Positions 47,444-57,061 of a DNA stretch of 64,000 nt are shown here, piece after piece (positions within the stretch are counted from its first letter, which is position 1; each line of letters starts with the position of its first letter). The stretch is from an uncultured Candidatus Saccharibacteria bacterium. Lineage in GTDB: Bacteria > Patescibacteriota > Dojkabacteria > SC72. The stretch is from contig CAYZNW010000001.1 of assembly GCA_964480345.1 (NCBI GenBank), forward strand, positions 149,359-213,358, written 5' to 3'. The notes under the pieces were generated by a model. That model was not told the origin of the DNA. It did no database searches and saw nothing but the letters and a program-made list of their open reading frames with translations. Made by a program: the position numbers and the translations under genes.

Positions 47444-47830
47444 GTGGAGAAATATTTTGAAGGAATAGGAAGAAGAAAAAGATCAACTGCAAGAGTTAGA
47501 TTGTATAAAGGAGATAAAGCTTCTACAGTTGAAGGAAAAAGCATAGAAGATTACTTCAATAAGGGAGTTGATTTACTACTCAACAGACCTCTCATAGTAG
47601 TTGGGCTTGAGAAAAAATATTACTTTACAGCAAAAGTAAATGGTGGTGGTGTAAAAGGACAAATAGATGCTATCAAATTAGGCCTTTCAAGAGCATTGTA
47701 TCTAATGGATGAAAGCTTGAAACCTGTATTAAGGAAAAATAGACTTGTTACTAGAGATCCAAGAGAAGTTGAGCGAAAGAAATATGCTCATGTAAAAGCA
47801 AGAAAGAAACCACAGTTCTCAAAGAGATAG
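47444..47830 (+). CDS. rpsI: 30S ribosomal protein S9
   Basis: 128 aa; GIGRRKRSTARV N-terminal motif, C-terminal ...KKPQFSKR. Confidence 0.95.
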   Translation: MEKYFEGIGRRKRSTARVRLYKGDKASTVEGKSIEDYFNKGVDLLLNRPLIVVGLEKKYYFTAKVNGGGVKGQIDAIKLGLSRALYLMDESLKPVLRKNRLVTRDPREVERKKYAHVKARKKPQFSKR

Positions 47831-47912
47831 TTTCTTCTACAATCATTTTCAATCTTGTTTAAGTTTTCTAAAGTATGTATATTTACATATACATAAATTC
47901 TTCAGTAAATAT

Positions 47913-48836
47913 ATGAAAAATAAAAGAAAACTCCTCATTATTGTCATATCTGTGCTATTGTTAGGACTACTGTTTATTGTAGGAGTAATGCTTCTAGGAA
48001 GATCCCTATTTTCAGTAACATCATACGATTCTAGCAATGATATAGTGAGCTACGAGCCTGACAGAAGCTATGACAGCTCTGAATATCTTATGAGTACAAT
48101 AACCTCAAGTAGCCCTGCTAGTGAGAAATTTAAATCTAACACAGGATCTACAAATGAATTTTCTAATACTTCACTAGACAAGAATATTGTCAAAATAGGT
48201 TTACTTAATATATATGTTGATGATATTGATAAAAGCGAGGCGAGTGTGAGAGCAGCTATAAATAAATTTAATGCTGAAATAGTACAGTCGTATGATAACG
48301 GAAAAGGTATAAGTAGAAAAGTAGGGTTAGAGATAAAAGTGGAAGTAAGTAAATTTGAAGAGCTGTATTTAGAGCTCAAAAATTTAGATGGCGAGGTAAG
48401 AAGCTCCAGCATTGATACTGAAGATATAACTAATCAAGTTGTAGACTTAGAAGCAAGGTTGAAAACATATAGAAATACAGAAACTCAACTAATGGAGGTA
48501 TTAAAAAGTGCAAGTAATGTTACAGATACTATGGCAGTTCATAAAGAACTAAGGGAAATTAGAACAAATATAGAAATTCTAGAATCTCAATTAAAGGAGT
48601 ACGCAAATAAATCTGATTACTCAACTATTAAGATTGTATTAATGCAAAGTAGTTCAGGATCAGCTTTAGAAGATTCTAAATGGGATCCTTACGGTGTATT
48701 TAAAGATGCGATTAGAGCATTTGTGGCTTTTGTGAAAGGTATAGGTACTGTTGCAATATGGGCTTTTGTATTTGGAATCCCAATCCTATTACTTTATGTA
48801 TTGGCGAGGAAGGTTATAAAAAGGCGTCAGAAATAG
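47913..48836 (+). CDS. DUF4349-like membrane protein (N-terminal TM, coiled coil, C-terminal TM)
   Basis: 307 aa; DITNQVVDLEARLKTYRN...KELREIRTNIEILESQLK...YSTIKIVL pattern typical of DUF4349. Confidence 0.55.
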   Translation: MKNKRKLLIIVISVLLLGLLFIVGVMLLGRSLFSVTSYDSSNDIVSYEPDRSYDSSEYLMSTITSSSPASEKFKSNTGSTNEFSNTSLDKNIVKIGLLNIYVDDIDKSEASVRAAINKFNAEIVQSYDNGKGISRKVGLEIKVEVSKFEELYLELKNLDGEVRSSSIDTEDITNQVVDLEARLKTYRNTETQLMEVLKSASNVTDTMAVHKELREIRTNIEILESQLKEYANKSDYSTIKIVLMQSSSGSALEDSKWDPYGVFKDAIRAFVAFVKGIGTVAIWAFVFGIPILLLYVLARKVIKRRQK

Positions 48837-48845
48837 TATAATATA

Positions 48846-49150
48846 GATGTGCAAGTACACTAGATGGTTGCATCTGCTTTAGTAGATGAGGAAAGTCCGG
48901 ACTTCACGTCGATCTTGAACATATCAAGAGGAGTGCCAACGCGAGTTGGAAGGGAGTGATCTTTTGGAGAAAAGGGCAACAGAAAGTTATACCGCCTACT
49001 TGTAGGTAAGGGTGAAATGGTAGTGTAAGAGACTACCGGGTATTGTAGTAATACAGTATTGCGTGGTAACCCCCACTCGAAGCAAGGTTTTACCGCTTAG
49101 ATAGATAACCATCGTTATACAGAATTCGGCTTACTGTGTGCTTGCACATA
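48846..49150 (+). ncRNA. rnpB: RNase P RNA, bacterial type A, compact (~300 nt)
   Basis: conserved blocks read directly: GGAAAGTCCGG (P4 5' strand), AAGGGTGAAATGGTAGTGTAAGAGACTACC (CR-II/III), ACAGAATTCGGCTTAC (P4 3' strand); P1 pairing GTGCAAG...CTTGCAC. Confidence 0.75.
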
Positions 49151-49170
49151 TAAAAAAAGAGTGAAAGGAA

Positions 49171-50127
49171 CTAAATATTCTTACCTAACCCATTTAAAAA
49201 ATCCTTCTCGCTCATCTTGTTCTTCCCCTCTATCTGCAACTCTTTAACTCTTAAACATATATGAGGATCAATTGTAGAAAAGAGTAACATACCGTTATCC
49301 GAAAACAGAGAACCAGCATCCTTACCATTATGATTCTCTATTAGTTCTGCATCATAAATCTTCATTACCTTCCCATCTAAATTCTTGTTCACACTACTAT
49401 TAATCTTACACCAAGCAATAGGCCAAGGTATAAAAGCTCTAACCATCCTTTCAATATATTCAGGAGAAGTCTCACTCCATTTAATCTCTGCCTTCTCTTT
49501 TGAAATATCCTTCTGCCAACAATACGTAGCTTTGCTATCATCTTGCATAACAGGTTCAATCTCACCATTAACCCATCTCTCTAAAATATCTCCCAGAATT
49601 AAAGCACTCCTTTCTACTAATCTTTTTCTTAGTGAGAGATTACTATCTGCTTCTAAGATATCTTCCTTCTCAATATGCAATATATCTCCCTCATCAAGCC
49701 CTTCAGACATCAACATTATGGATATACCAGTTTCTTTCTCACCATCCAAAATAGCTTTCTGAATAGGGACTGCTCCTCTGTACTTAGGAAGAATAGAGAA
49801 ATGAACATTAATACATCCATACCTAGGATAATCAAGAAACACCTTAGGCACTATCTCACCAAAAGCCTTACACACAACCATCTCAGGTTTAAACTTTTCT
49901 AAAGCTTTTACATACCTATCAACATTACTCTCAGTGTGGAAAACAGGAATATCATTCTTCAAACAGTATACCTTCACATCCGAAGGAGTAGATACCTGCT
50001 TTCTCCCAACTAATTTGTCGACAGTAGTAATAGTCCCTACGATTTCAAATCGAGAATCCTCATGAAGAGCCTTCAAAGTCTCGACAGATTCCCATCCTGT
50101 TCCTAAAAATAGTGTTTTAATAGCCAT
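49171..50127 (-). CDS. fmt: methionyl-tRNA formyltransferase
   Basis: formyltransferase N-domain with ...NVHFSILPKYRGAVPIQKAILDGEKETGISIM; start set at internal ATG (MAIKTLFLGTG); ORF extends to 50142. Confidence 0.85.
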   Translation of the reverse strand: MAIKTLFLGTGWESVETLKALHEDSRFEIVGTITTVDKLVGRKQVSTPSDVKVYCLKNDIPVFHTESNVDRYVKALEKFKPEMVVCKAFGEIVPKVFLDYPRYGCINVHFSILPKYRGAVPIQKAILDGEKETGISIMLMSEGLDEGDILHIEKEDILEADSNLSLRKRLVERSALILGDILERWVNGEIEPVMQDDSKATYCWQKDISKEKAEIKWSETSPEYIERMVRAFIPWPIAWCKINSSVNKNLDGKVMKIYDAELIENHNGKDAGSLFSDNGMLLFSTIDPHICLRVKELQIEGKNKMSEKDFLNGLGKNI

Positions 50128-50336
50128 AGCAAATAATAACATTTAAGGAGGTTGTATGCATAGATGGTGTCTGCTTTACTCTTTGTTTTTAATAAATATT
50201 TCAGACACTATGAGTTCCTAATTCGGAGAAGATATTAATATCTTCTTCCTTCTCCGAATTTCTCATTTAATTGTGAAAGGTGTATAACTCTTCAAAACAC
50301 TAGGTTTAATGCATATGTAGATGGTAAAATACAACG

Positions 50337-51362
50337 ATGAAAATATCAGAGTACTCATACAATTTAACACAAAAGAATATAGCAATTTTTCCTCCTAAGA
50401 AAAGAGGAACATCGAAACTATTACTACTAAATCGAAATAATAACGAATTAGAAGATGCAATATACTCAGACATACCAAAGTATATTGAAAAAGGAGATGT
50501 CATCGTCTTAAATGAAACAAAAGTAGAACGCAGACGAACATACTTCAAAAGTAACAGAGGAAAAGAAGTAGAAGTCCTATTCTTAAATAGAACCGAAGAT
50601 GGAAGATGGTACTGCTTAATAAAAGGAGCAAGATATATCAAACCTACTGAAATTCTTTCATCAGTAGAAAACAAAGAAATTACAATAGAGATAACAGAAA
50701 GAAAAGGAGATGGTTTCCTAATCAAACCTGTAAATATAGAAGCAGAAGAAATCTTTAAACAAATAGGACATACCCCAATCCCACCATATATGAAAAGAGA
50801 TGATACTGAACAAGACTATGAAAGATATAACACAGTGTTTGCAAAACTAGAAGGCTCTGTAGCAGCTCCTACAGCAAGTTTAAACCTCACAGCAGAGATT
50901 CTTAAAAGTATAGAAGCAAAAGGTGCTAGGAAAGCATACATAGAGCTACAAGTTGGATGGGGGACTTTCTCTCCAATCAGAGAGGAAAACATCGAAGATC
51001 ATAAAATACATAAAGAAAAAATATCCATTCCTAAAGAAACAGTTGAAATTGTAAATAGTGCAAAGAAAAACGGTAAAAAAGTTTGGGCATTCGGTACCAC
51101 TGTTGCTAGGACATTAGAAAGTGTTGCCGATGATAACGGCTTCATTTCAGAATATTCAGGAGAAAGTAATCTATATATATACCCTGGATACAAATGGAAA
51201 TGTGTTGATCATTTAATAACTAATTTCCACATACCAGACTCAACCTTAATACTATTAGTCTCTTCTTTCGCAGGAAAAAATTTAATTCACAAAGCATACA
51301 ACCATGCCTTAGAAAACAATTACAAATTTCTAAGCTACGGTGATAGTATGTTAATAATCTAA
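50337..51362 (+). CDS. queA: S-adenosylmethionine:tRNA ribosyltransferase-isomerase
   Basis: 341 aa, full-length QueA-like (N-terminal DFxYxLP..IAxxP, ELQVGWGTFSPIR). Confidence 0.85.
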   Translation: MKISEYSYNLTQKNIAIFPPKKRGTSKLLLLNRNNNELEDAIYSDIPKYIEKGDVIVLNETKVERRRTYFKSNRGKEVEVLFLNRTEDGRWYCLIKGARYIKPTEILSSVENKEITIEITERKGDGFLIKPVNIEAEEIFKQIGHTPIPPYMKRDDTEQDYERYNTVFAKLEGSVAAPTASLNLTAEILKSIEAKGARKAYIELQVGWGTFSPIREENIEDHKIHKEKISIPKETVEIVNSAKKNGKKVWAFGTTVARTLESVADDNGFISEYSGESNLYIYPGYKWKCVDHLITNFHIPDSTLILLVSSFAGKNLIHKAYNHALENNYKFLSYGDSMLII

Positions 51363-51366
51363 AAAC

Positions 51367-52404
51367 ATGCAGATAAACGATTTTGGTAAAAACTACATAT
51401 TTATGCCTGATGCAACAAGAGGAGCAGTTAGATACTTAACGACAGAACAGTTGAGGGATACAGGAACAGAAGCAATAGTAACAAACACCTTACATCTACT
51501 CATGACTTTCGGTATTGAGAAATTAAAGAACTTAGGAGGTATTAAGAATCTAATGAAGTGGGATGGAATTGTATTAACAGATTCAGGTGGTTTTCAAGTA
51601 TTCTCTCTAATTCATTCTAAAAAATGGAAAGGGAAAGTACATGAAAACGGAGCTACTTTCAAATCTCCTACAACAGGAGACACATACGAATTAACTCCTG
51701 AAAGCTCTATTGATATTCAAATGGCAATAAATTCAGATATCTTAGTTACATTAGATGATTGTAGAAATACTGGACTTAGTAGAAAAGAAGCAGAAATCTC
51801 AGTAGAAAGAACAATATCTTGGGCAAAAAGATGCAAAGAGCATTTTGAAAAAGAATATGGTGGAACAAAGAAAACAGGTAAGCTGTTAAGTTGTGTAGTC
51901 CAGGGAGCCAACTATTTAGATTTAAGAAAGAAATGTGCAAACGAATTAAGTAATATCGGATTTGATGGATATAATTTTGGAGGTTTTGTAGTAGATAGTG
52001 AAGGGAAGTTAGTAGTAGATGAAATGATAGCAGTGGTAGAAAATACTCCAAGCGATAAATTTAAATATGCAATGGGAGTTGGAAAACCGGAAGATATTAG
52101 AGAGTGTGCGAAATTAGGATACAAAGTATTTGATACAGTCCTAGTTACTCGAAATGCTAGGCACGGTACTCTTTACTCCTCTGATATTGAAAATGAAGTT
52201 CTTAAAATCAAAAATTCAGAATACTCCTTAGATGAGAAGCCAATTGATTCTAAATGTGATTGCTATACATGTAGAAATTTTAGTAGAGCGTATGTACACC
52301 ATATGCTTCGAATTGGAGAAGCTACAGGTATGACTTTAGCAACCATACATAATTTAAGATACTATCAGAGAATAATTGAAGAGTTGAATAATATTAAAGA
52401 ATAA
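51367..52404 (+). CDS. tgt: queuine tRNA-ribosyltransferase
   Basis: LTDSGGFQVFSL catalytic region and CDCYTC...H zinc site. Confidence 0.9.
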   Translation: MQINDFGKNYIFMPDATRGAVRYLTTEQLRDTGTEAIVTNTLHLLMTFGIEKLKNLGGIKNLMKWDGIVLTDSGGFQVFSLIHSKKWKGKVHENGATFKSPTTGDTYELTPESSIDIQMAINSDILVTLDDCRNTGLSRKEAEISVERTISWAKRCKEHFEKEYGGTKKTGKLLSCVVQGANYLDLRKKCANELSNIGFDGYNFGGFVVDSEGKLVVDEMIAVVENTPSDKFKYAMGVGKPEDIRECAKLGYKVFDTVLVTRNARHGTLYSSDIENEVLKIKNSEYSLDEKPIDSKCDCYTCRNFSRAYVHHMLRIGEATGMTLATIHNLRYYQRIIEELNNIKE

Positions 52405-52452
52405 GGGAGAATTATAACCACACTATTTAATTAAATTTGAATAAAAGATTAT

Positions 52453-53091
52453 ATGAAGATAGAAAAGAACAAAACATTTATGCTAATGCTTTGTGGAGGA
52501 ATTCTACTTGCATTGGCCATAGTAACAGTATTGATAATATCTTTCTTTACAAAAAGAGAAGATGGTGTAGATAAAATAATTGTAGAAGCTGATTCTGTAA
52601 GATTTTCAAAAGAGTATCCAGCAGTACCAAAAGAAAATATGTTTGTTTACAAAAGCTTAGAAGAATCGGTAAAGATCTTGAAAAGTGGAAAAGGTTTAGT
52701 ATATCTAGGTTTCCCTGAGTGTAGATGGTGTCAGGCATATGTTAAATATTTGTATGAAGTTGCGAAAGATGAAAATTTAGAAGAGATATACTACACAAAT
52801 ATTTTAGAGGATAGAAAAAATAGTACAGAAATATATAAAGAAGCAGTTGCTATACTTGAAAAAGAGCTATTAAAAGATAATGAAGGAAATCCTAGAATCT
52901 ATGTTCCTGATATAACTGTTGTAAATAGTGGAGAGATATTAGGACATGACAATGAAACATCAGTTGTAAGCGAAGAAGATGGTACACCAGAGGAGTATTG
53001 GACTGAGCAGAGAATCATTGATTTGAAAGCTAGATTAAAAGAGATGATTGATAAATTACAATCAAATACATGTAGTAGCTGCGAAATTTAA
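52453..53091 (+). CDS. membrane-anchored thioredoxin-like protein (CxxC), putative extracytoplasmic thiol-disulfide oxidoreductase
   Basis: 212 aa; N-terminal TM; GLVYLGFPECRWCQAYVKYL resembles thioredoxin-fold beta1-CxxC-alpha1. Confidence 0.45.
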   Translation: MKIEKNKTFMLMLCGGILLALAIVTVLIISFFTKREDGVDKIIVEADSVRFSKEYPAVPKENMFVYKSLEESVKILKSGKGLVYLGFPECRWCQAYVKYLYEVAKDENLEEIYYTNILEDRKNSTEIYKEAVAILEKELLKDNEGNPRIYVPDITVVNSGEILGHDNETSVVSEEDGTPEEYWTEQRIIDLKARLKEMIDKLQSNTCSSCEI

Positions 53092-53332
53092 TAAGCTTAA
53101 ACATTAGATTTCGTTTCTCTTCTTCTATTCTTTTTATAAACATGGTATCATTACAAAGTCCTACTATTAAACATTTTTAGACTATTAAAAGATATTGTGT
53201 ATAAATTAATTTTGTTGAAAATATATTTAGTTAGAGTTGTTCAATCATTAATATCACAAAGCGGTTCTTCAGCCGTATCTTTTCATTTAATTGTTTAATA
53301 GGAGAATCTATTAAATTTAAATAATAAATAAC

Positions 53333-54856
53333 ATGGAGATAGTAATAGCATCGCTTATTACTGCTGTAGTAAGCGTAGGAGGCACTATTGCTCTACTTAG
53401 GTATGTGTTTAAATGGGTAAATGTACATAACATTCCTACAGAAGAAGTAGAGGCAGCTGCCAAGAAGATAATGAGTAAGAGATTTAGTGATGCAGAGGAA
53501 GAGATCGCAGACCTTAGAGAAAGGGAAGAGAGAAGGTTGAAAGATATTAGAAAAGAAAATGCAGAACATGAATCCATTCTCATAGAGAGAGAAAAAACTT
53601 TAAATAAGAGATCGAAGATTTTAGATGATAAGAGTGACGAGCTAGAGAGTAAGGAGAAAGGTTTGAAAGAGATGAACGAGAAGATTGAGGAGACAAGAAC
53701 TCAGCTTAAAGGTGAATTGGAAAGAATATCTGGATTATCTAGAGAAGAAGCTACAGAGAAATTAAAGAGTGAAATTGATGAAGATTTGAAAGGATATGAA
53801 GCTCAAAAAATTCGACAGGCAGAGAAAGATATAGAAGCTACTGCTGACGAGAAAGCTCAGAAAATACTTGTAGAGTCTATGCAGAGAGTAGCTACTGATT
53901 ATGTAGGGGAGACTACAACTAAAGTTATCAAAGTAGATGATGAAAAAGTTAAAGGACGAATAATTGGTAAAGAGGGAAGAAATATTAGAGCATTTGAACA
54001 GTTAACAGGAGTAGATGTAATTGTAGATGAATCTCCAAATGCAATTGCCCTATCTTCCTTTGATCCTTTAAGACGAGAGATAGCGTATGTTGCTATGAAT
54101 AAGTTGATTGGTGATGGAAGAATTCATCCTAGCTCTATTGAAGAGGCTGTAAGGAAAGCTAAAAATGATATATCTCAGGAGATTAAGAAAAATGGACAGA
54201 TACTTGCTGATGAAGCAGGTTGGCCTGATATGGATATTGGTTTAATGAAATTAGTTGGAAAGATGAAATATAGAAGTAGTTATGGGCAATCTCTCATGTC
54301 TCACACAATTGAAGTAATTAGAATAGCAGAAGTACTATCTACAGAATTGGGTACAGATACTGCCTTAATAAAGAGAGCTGCTCTTTTACATGATGTAGGA
54401 AAAGTATTAACACATAAAGTTGATAGTCCTCACCATCATATCTCTGGACAGATAGCTAGAAAATATATGCTTGACGAAAGATTGGTTAATGCAATTGAAG
54501 CACATCACTTAGATATTGAACCTCAAGGCTCTGAAGCTGTAATAATCTATTTAGCAGATGCTATCTCTGGTTCTAGACCAGGAGCACGAAAAGATAGCTA
54601 CGAGCAGTATGTTCAGAGAATAGAGGGTATTGAAAGTGCAGCTAAAGATATAGGTGGAGATAGGATAGAAGAGGTGTTCGCAATAAAAGCTGGAAGAGAA
54701 GTAAGAATAATTGTTAAACCTAAACTTGTATCAGATGATGAGGCAGTGGTGATGGCTAAGGACATAGCACAAGAAATTGAGAAGAAGCAGAACTATCCTG
54801 GCAATGTAGAGGTTACTGTTATTCGAGAAACAAGGGCAATAGAGGTCGCAAGATAG
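53333..54856 (+). CDS. rny: ribonuclease Y
   Basis: 507 aa; N-terminal TM, coiled coil, KH domain (GRIIGKEGRNIR), HD domain (LLHDVGK). Confidence 0.9.
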   Translation: MEIVIASLITAVVSVGGTIALLRYVFKWVNVHNIPTEEVEAAAKKIMSKRFSDAEEEIADLREREERRLKDIRKENAEHESILIEREKTLNKRSKILDDKSDELESKEKGLKEMNEKIEETRTQLKGELERISGLSREEATEKLKSEIDEDLKGYEAQKIRQAEKDIEATADEKAQKILVESMQRVATDYVGETTTKVIKVDDEKVKGRIIGKEGRNIRAFEQLTGVDVIVDESPNAIALSSFDPLRREIAYVAMNKLIGDGRIHPSSIEEAVRKAKNDISQEIKKNGQILADEAGWPDMDIGLMKLVGKMKYRSSYGQSLMSHTIEVIRIAEVLSTELGTDTALIKRAALLHDVGKVLTHKVDSPHHHISGQIARKYMLDERLVNAIEAHHLDIEPQGSEAVIIYLADAISGSRPGARKDSYEQYVQRIEGIESAAKDIGGDRIEEVFAIKAGREVRIIVKPKLVSDDEAVVMAKDIAQEIEKKQNYPGNVEVTVIRETRAIEVAR

Positions 54857-54893
54857 CTTTTAGAAATTGGCTTCTAGTAATATATGCTATAGG

Positions 54894-54917
54894 GGGAGTA
54901 CATAAATGAGTACTCCC
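54894..54917 (+). terminator. rho-independent terminator after rny
   Basis: GGGAGTAC-ataaatga-GTACTCCC perfect 8-bp stem followed by TTTGTTTGTTT. Confidence 0.5.
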
Positions 54918-55237
54918 TTTGTTTGTTTAAAGCGGAAGAGCTTTTTTGTGTGTCTATTAAGTATAAATATCGACATCACTCTAAACAGTCTGCCAATAAG
55001 GTTTTCTTACTGTATAGGACAATATGCATATAAATATTAAAAAATTATGAATATTAAATATGTTCAAATATCCTTATACATAAAAGATTTCCTGAAAAGG
55101 ATATGAATACCCCATAATATTGTTCTACCTTGACGATTGCCTTTCTTTTTCATATTTTATGAGTGGATATACTAACAAATCTTCTTAATAAAAGATGTTT
55201 ATGTATATATCACTTAAGAAAGGAGGTTATACACAAA

Positions 55238-55507
55238 ATGTTAAAGAAAGATTTAGTAGACAGAATTGCATCAGTTGGATTAACAAAGAAGCAGGCAGCT
55301 GCAGCTTTGGATGCAACATTGGAAGCAATTGCTGACTCTTTGAAGAGTGGTGAACCTGTACTTCTTACTGGTTTCGGTAAATTCGAAGTCAGAACAAGAG
55401 CTGCAAGAACAGGAATCAATCCTAAGACTCTCGCAAAGATCAAGCTTCCAGCAACAAAGGTTCCTGCATTTAAAGCAGGTAAAGCTTTGAGAGCTGTTGT
55501 TAAGTAA
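55238..55507 (+). CDS. hup: DNA-binding protein HU
   Basis: 90 aa from internal ATG preceded by AGGAGG; GFGKFEVRTRAARTGINPKT arm motif. Confidence 0.85.
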   Translation: MLKKDLVDRIASVGLTKKQAAAALDATLEAIADSLKSGEPVLLTGFGKFEVRTRAARTGINPKTLAKIKLPATKVPAFKAGKALRAVVK

Positions 55508-55515
55508 TTGCCGGT

Positions 55516-55575
55516 ATTTCTTTGTAGACAAAGAAATTGCAAAGAGAAGGACTCAAAAGGGTCCTTCTCTGTTTT
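55516..55575 (+). terminator. tandem hairpins after hup (ATTTCTTTG-taga-CAAAGAAAT and AGAGAAGGAC-tcaaaagg-GTCCTTCTCT + T-run)
   Basis: two perfect 9-10 bp stems read directly; the second is followed by TGTTTT. Confidence 0.55.
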
Positions 55576-55644
55576 AATATAGACGCTTACTTCACAACAT
55601 CATCTTGCGTAGAAGCTCTTGATGACATAAACTATAGTATTGCT

Positions 55645-57054
55645 ATGATAAAAAACTGTCTAATTCCAAACAAGAATAATTCATATAAACCGTATCTGCT
55701 TAGAAAGATAGCTATTGTTGCTTACTCTCTCATATTGGTTTTTGTTAACAGCTTTGGAGGCATATTAGGCATACAAGAAGCTACAGCAAGCTCAATAACC
55801 CCACAAAACATTATTTCATTAACCAATAAGGAGAGAACCAAACTAGGTCTTCAAGAGTTAAGTAATAATTCAAGATTAGCCTCTGCTGCATTAGCCAAAG
55901 CAAACGATATGCTTGAGAAACAGTACTGGGATCATTTTGGACCCAATGGAGAAACTCCGTGGCAATTCATAAGAGCAGCGGGCTATGTATACATATATGC
56001 TGGAGAGAACCTTGCAAAGGGTTTTAAGACCTCAGAGGGCGTTGTAGAGGCTTGGATGGCTAGTCCTACACATAAGGCCAACATTGTTAGTGCTAACTAT
56101 AGAGACATAGGAGTAGCTGTTGTTAATGGAGTGCTACTTGGCAAAGAAACTACTTTAGTCGTGCAAATGTTTGGTACTCTCGCAGGACAGGTAGAAAGTG
56201 CAAAAACAACCACTCCTGTACCTGCTACAGTAACACCTCCACCGCCACCTACTACGACAAAGATTCCAACTAAAACAGCTACAGTTTCAAAGGTCGAAGA
56301 ACAGATAAAAAGCATTAGTATAACAGCACCTGCGAACGGTATAACCTACAATGATCCCAATATAGAAGTATCTGGAAAAGTTGAAAATATAAATAATGAG
56401 TATACCGTTGAGGTAATAGAAGGAGAAAGTGTAATAGGAGGAACCACTTCTTCGACACCTGATTGGAGTGTCAAGAAAGATTCCGATTGGTCAGAGGGAG
56501 ACCATACCATTAAAGCAAACATAAAAGGAACTACTATCAATTCTCAAACAGTAACATTTAATATAGATTCCACTCCTCCCCAAGTAGATGTTGATTCTGT
56601 AGAAGTAGTGGAAGATGATGAGGGATATGTACTCTCATTTTCAATATCTGAAGAGTTTGAGAGTGTAGAGGTAATATCAGGATCTAAAATTATTCCTGTA
56701 GAAGTAACAACACCAGATAACATAACTGTAGCCCTTCAAAAAGAAGAGGTAGGAGATAGAGTGCTAATTCGTCTCTCTGATAAACATGAAAATGATTCTG
56801 AATTAGATATTTCTGACTACTTCAAAAAAGAAGAACCTAAAAAATCTCCTATACCTGTTGTTTCTCTATCTGTAGGTAATGGTATTAGCCTTGGAATAGT
56901 ACTCTTTGTCTTCGTTCTACTATGTATCGAAATATTTGTATATGTGAAAAAAGGTATGTTTAAAAATGCAGTAAGTGATATTTTGACTCTTGGGATATGG
57001 TGGTCAATATTAGCTATAGCTATATTTTCAGGATTCTCAGGTAAGATTAGTTAA
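55645..57054 (+). CDS. surface protein with CAP/SCP (PR-1/YkwD-like) domain, Pro/Thr linker, Ig-like region and C-terminal TM helices
   Basis: CAP motifs GENLAKGF...VVEAWMASPTHKANIV...YRDIGVAVV; start moved to internal ATG (MIKNC...) because the first 36 codons of the track ORF (55537) are the hup terminator hairpins. Confidence 0.7.
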   Translation: MIKNCLIPNKNNSYKPYLLRKIAIVAYSLILVFVNSFGGILGIQEATASSITPQNIISLTNKERTKLGLQELSNNSRLASAALAKANDMLEKQYWDHFGPNGETPWQFIRAAGYVYIYAGENLAKGFKTSEGVVEAWMASPTHKANIVSANYRDIGVAVVNGVLLGKETTLVVQMFGTLAGQVESAKTTTPVPATVTPPPPPTTTKIPTKTATVSKVEEQIKSISITAPANGITYNDPNIEVSGKVENINNEYTVEVIEGESVIGGTTSSTPDWSVKKDSDWSEGDHTIKANIKGTTINSQTVTFNIDSTPPQVDVDSVEVVEDDEGYVLSFSISEEFESVEVISGSKIIPVEVTTPDNITVALQKEEVGDRVLIRLSDKHENDSELDISDYFKKEEPKKSPIPVVSLSVGNGISLGIVLFVFVLLCIEIFVYVKKGMFKNAVSDILTLGIWWSILAIAIFSGFSGKIS

Positions 57055-57061
57055 TACATAA

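Noticed and set aside
47876-47893. TGTATAT-ttac-ATATACA hairpin after rpsI as an operon terminator
   Set aside because: Pure A/T 7-bp stem with no following T-run. Too weak to call; may still be a regulatory palindrome.
55210-55542. 110-aa and 83-aa minus-strand ORFs overlapping hup
   Set aside because: Antisense to the HU gene and spanning its terminator hairpins.
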